Source: Coraliomargarita sp. (GTDB lineage Bacteria > Verrucomicrobiota > Verrucomicrobiia > Opitutales > Coraliomargaritaceae). Taken from it: DNA of 64,000 nucleotides. The DNA lies in NCBI GenBank assembly GCA_965216325.1, contig OZ244160.1, positions 1,312,001 to 1,376,000 of the forward strand, in the 5' to 3' direction. Shown one piece after another: positions 62,196 to 64,000 of this stretch. Within the stretch, counting starts at the first letter, position 1. Each line of letters begins with the position of its first letter. The notes under the pieces were generated by a model. The model did not search any database. It had not been told where the DNA came from and saw only the letters and a program-made list of their open reading frames with translations. Both the position numbers and the translations under genes were made by a program.

Positions 62196-63110
62196 TTAGA
62201 AGTAACCTTGCTTCTTGCGGTCTTCCATCGCGGTTTCGGAACGCTTGTCGTCGGCACGTGTGCCGCGCTCGGTCTGACGGGCCGCTGCAACTTCACCAAT
62301 GATGTCGTCGAGATTGCTTGCTGTTGAAAGCGCTGCACCCGTGCAGGTCGCATCACCGATCGTGCGGAAGCGCACGGTCATGGTTTCGACCGTTTTCTTC
62401 TCTTCTTCGGTCAGCTCGATGAAATCACAGACACCCATGATAACGCCATTGCGGACAAAGCACTCACGCTCGTGAGAGAAGTAAAGGCTTGGAAGCTCGA
62501 TATTCTCCAGCTTGATGTATTGCCAGATGTCCATCTCGGTCCAATTGGAAAGCGGGAACACGCGGAAGTGCTCTCCATGGTGCTTGCGACCATTGAAAAT
62601 ATTCCAAAGCTCAGGGCGCTGATTCTTCGGGTCCCACTGACCAAACGCATCACGGTGCGAGAAGAAACGTTCCTTGGCACGTGCCTTTTCTTCGTCACGA
62701 CGACCACCGCCAAGCGCAGCATCGTATTGACCTTCTTCAAGGCCTTCGAGCAGTGCGACCGTTTGCAGACCATTGCGACTCGCGTATGGGCCAGTCTCTT
62801 CAACCACCTTACCTTCGTCGATTGCCTTTTGAACAGACGCAACCACGAGCTCTGCACCGAGATCTTCGATGAAGCGGTCACGGTATTCCATCGTCTCAGG
62901 GAAGTTGTGACCGGTGTCGACGTGCATCATTGGGAACGGCAGCTTGGATGGCCAGAAGGCCTTCTTCGCCAAGTGCGCCATGACGATGGAGTCCTTGCCA
63001 CCCGAAAAGAGCAGGACAGGTTTTTCAAACTGAGCTGCGGTCTCGCGAAGGATATAAATCGCTTCGGACTCGAGCTGCTTGAGGTGAGTGATGCTGTAGT
63101 CGTTGTGCAT
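62196..63110 (-). CDS. cysD: Sulfate adenylyltransferase subunit 2
   Basis: FSGGKDS, RRDEEKARAKER, WDPKNQRPELW, KKQGYF. Confidence 0.98.
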   Translation of the reverse strand: MHNDYSITHLKQLESEAIYILRETAAQFEKPVLLFSGGKDSIVMAHLAKKAFWPSKLPFPMMHVDTGHNFPETMEYRDRFIEDLGAELVVASVQKAIDEGKVVEETGPYASRNGLQTVALLEGLEEGQYDAALGGGRRDEEKARAKERFFSHRDAFGQWDPKNQRPELWNIFNGRKHHGEHFRVFPLSNWTEMDIWQYIKLENIELPSLYFSHERECFVRNGVIMGVCDFIELTEEEKKTVETMTVRFRTIGDATCTGAALSTASNLDDIIGEVAAARQTERGTRADDKRSETAMEDRKKQGYF

Positions 63111-63146
63111 GATACTGCTGTGCGTAATAAGAGAAATTTTTGTTTA

Positions 63147-63761
63147 CTATGCTTGTCGTTGAATAATCGGTAACACTTTTTCGAGGAGTGCATTGAGCGA
63201 CTCCTCTTCAGTCTGCTCATCGGTTGAAATAACCCAGTCGGAATCGGTAGCTTCCGGCTCTTCAAAGGAGGAATCCTTGCCCGTAAAATGCTGCACCCCT
63301 CCTGCTGCTGCCTTTGCGTAGAGCCCCTTAACATCGCGCTCAGCACAAGTCTCGAATGAGGCTTTGACATAGACTGGGGTGAAATCCTCTGCGCCAACCA
63401 CACCCGCTGCGTTCGCACGCAATTCGCGCTTCGGCGTAATAAAGGAGGTAAAGACCACAACGCCACTATCCAAAAAGAGACGGGCAACCTCGGAAATACG
63501 GCGGATATTTTCTATGCGGTCCTCATCCGAAAAGCCGAGATCACGATTGAGACCACTGCGAATGTTGTCGCCATCGAGAATCTTGGTCACAAATCCCTGT
63601 TCCGCGAGTTTACGCTCCAAAGCATTGGCCAACGTGCTCTTTCCCGAGCCAGAGAGCCCATAAAACCAGAAAACATGCCCACACTGCTTCAGCTGCGCCT
63701 CCTTGGCGTCGCGCCCAAGCATGCGATGAAATTCGGTATGGATATTTTCTGGAGTGCTCAT
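63147..63761 (-). CDS. cysC: Adenylyl-sulfate kinase
   Basis: GLSGSGKST, LDGDNIR, ENIRR, RDVKGLY. Confidence 0.97.
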   Translation of the reverse strand: MSTPENIHTEFHRMLGRDAKEAQLKQCGHVFWFYGLSGSGKSTLANALERKLAEQGFVTKILDGDNIRSGLNRDLGFSDEDRIENIRRISEVARLFLDSGVVVFTSFITPKRELRANAAGVVGAEDFTPVYVKASFETCAERDVKGLYAKAAAGGVQHFTGKDSSFEEPEATDSDWVISTDEQTEEESLNALLEKVLPIIQRQA

Positions 63762-63889
63762 GGAAAAACGAAGACGCATCAGCAAAGCGCCAAATACGTG
63801 AAAGTAAATGCGTTTTGTTTATCTTTGGTTTTTAAGTCAAGAACCTAATTTACAACCCCCACTACCTCAAGTCGCCCACCGAAATAAAA

Positions 63890-64000
63890 CTACCCCTTGT
63901 TCGGCTTCACGGGCGGCTGCTTCAATTGCCGGGCCTGCATGCCCCAAGAAGACGCTAGCGTGCGCTTACCAAGCTGCTGGGCAATTTTAGATCCGTCCTC
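63890..64000 (-). CDS. Possible 3' end of a CDS entering from the right edge
   Basis: Open frame EDGSKIAQQLGKR...KPNKG* from the window edge. Confidence 0.3.
   Translation of the reverse strand, partial: EDGSKIAQQLGKRTLASSWGMQARQLKQPPVKPNKG

Overview
A 64 kb bacterial chromosomal segment, most likely from Verrucomicrobiota (Opitutales, Coraliomargarita-like); the taxonomy is my inference from gene content and rRNA operon layout, not a database match. The core content is accA, rho, coaE, comM, a pilB-pilT-pilB-pilC type IV pilus cluster, pal, tRNA-Ser, a complete minus-strand rRNA operon (16S-Ala-Ile-23S-5S) and cysCDN. Several mobile elements are also present. The strongest signal is an apparently intact IS110-family element (7512-8987). 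Its 3' non-coding end folds into a two-loop bridge/seek-type RNA whose four guide segments can be read from the sequence: they match the element's own circle junction and its insertion site, a GTAG-type REP palindrome. Two near-identical class IIC group II introns sit behind intrinsic terminators and differ at the predicted EBS3 base. Other items are a decayed IS66 transposase, a histidine kinase broken at two sites, a Tsr3/DTW-like plus fungal Str2-like gene pair next to the rRNA promoters, and two uncharacterised envelope operons. All protein calls come from motif recognition by eye.
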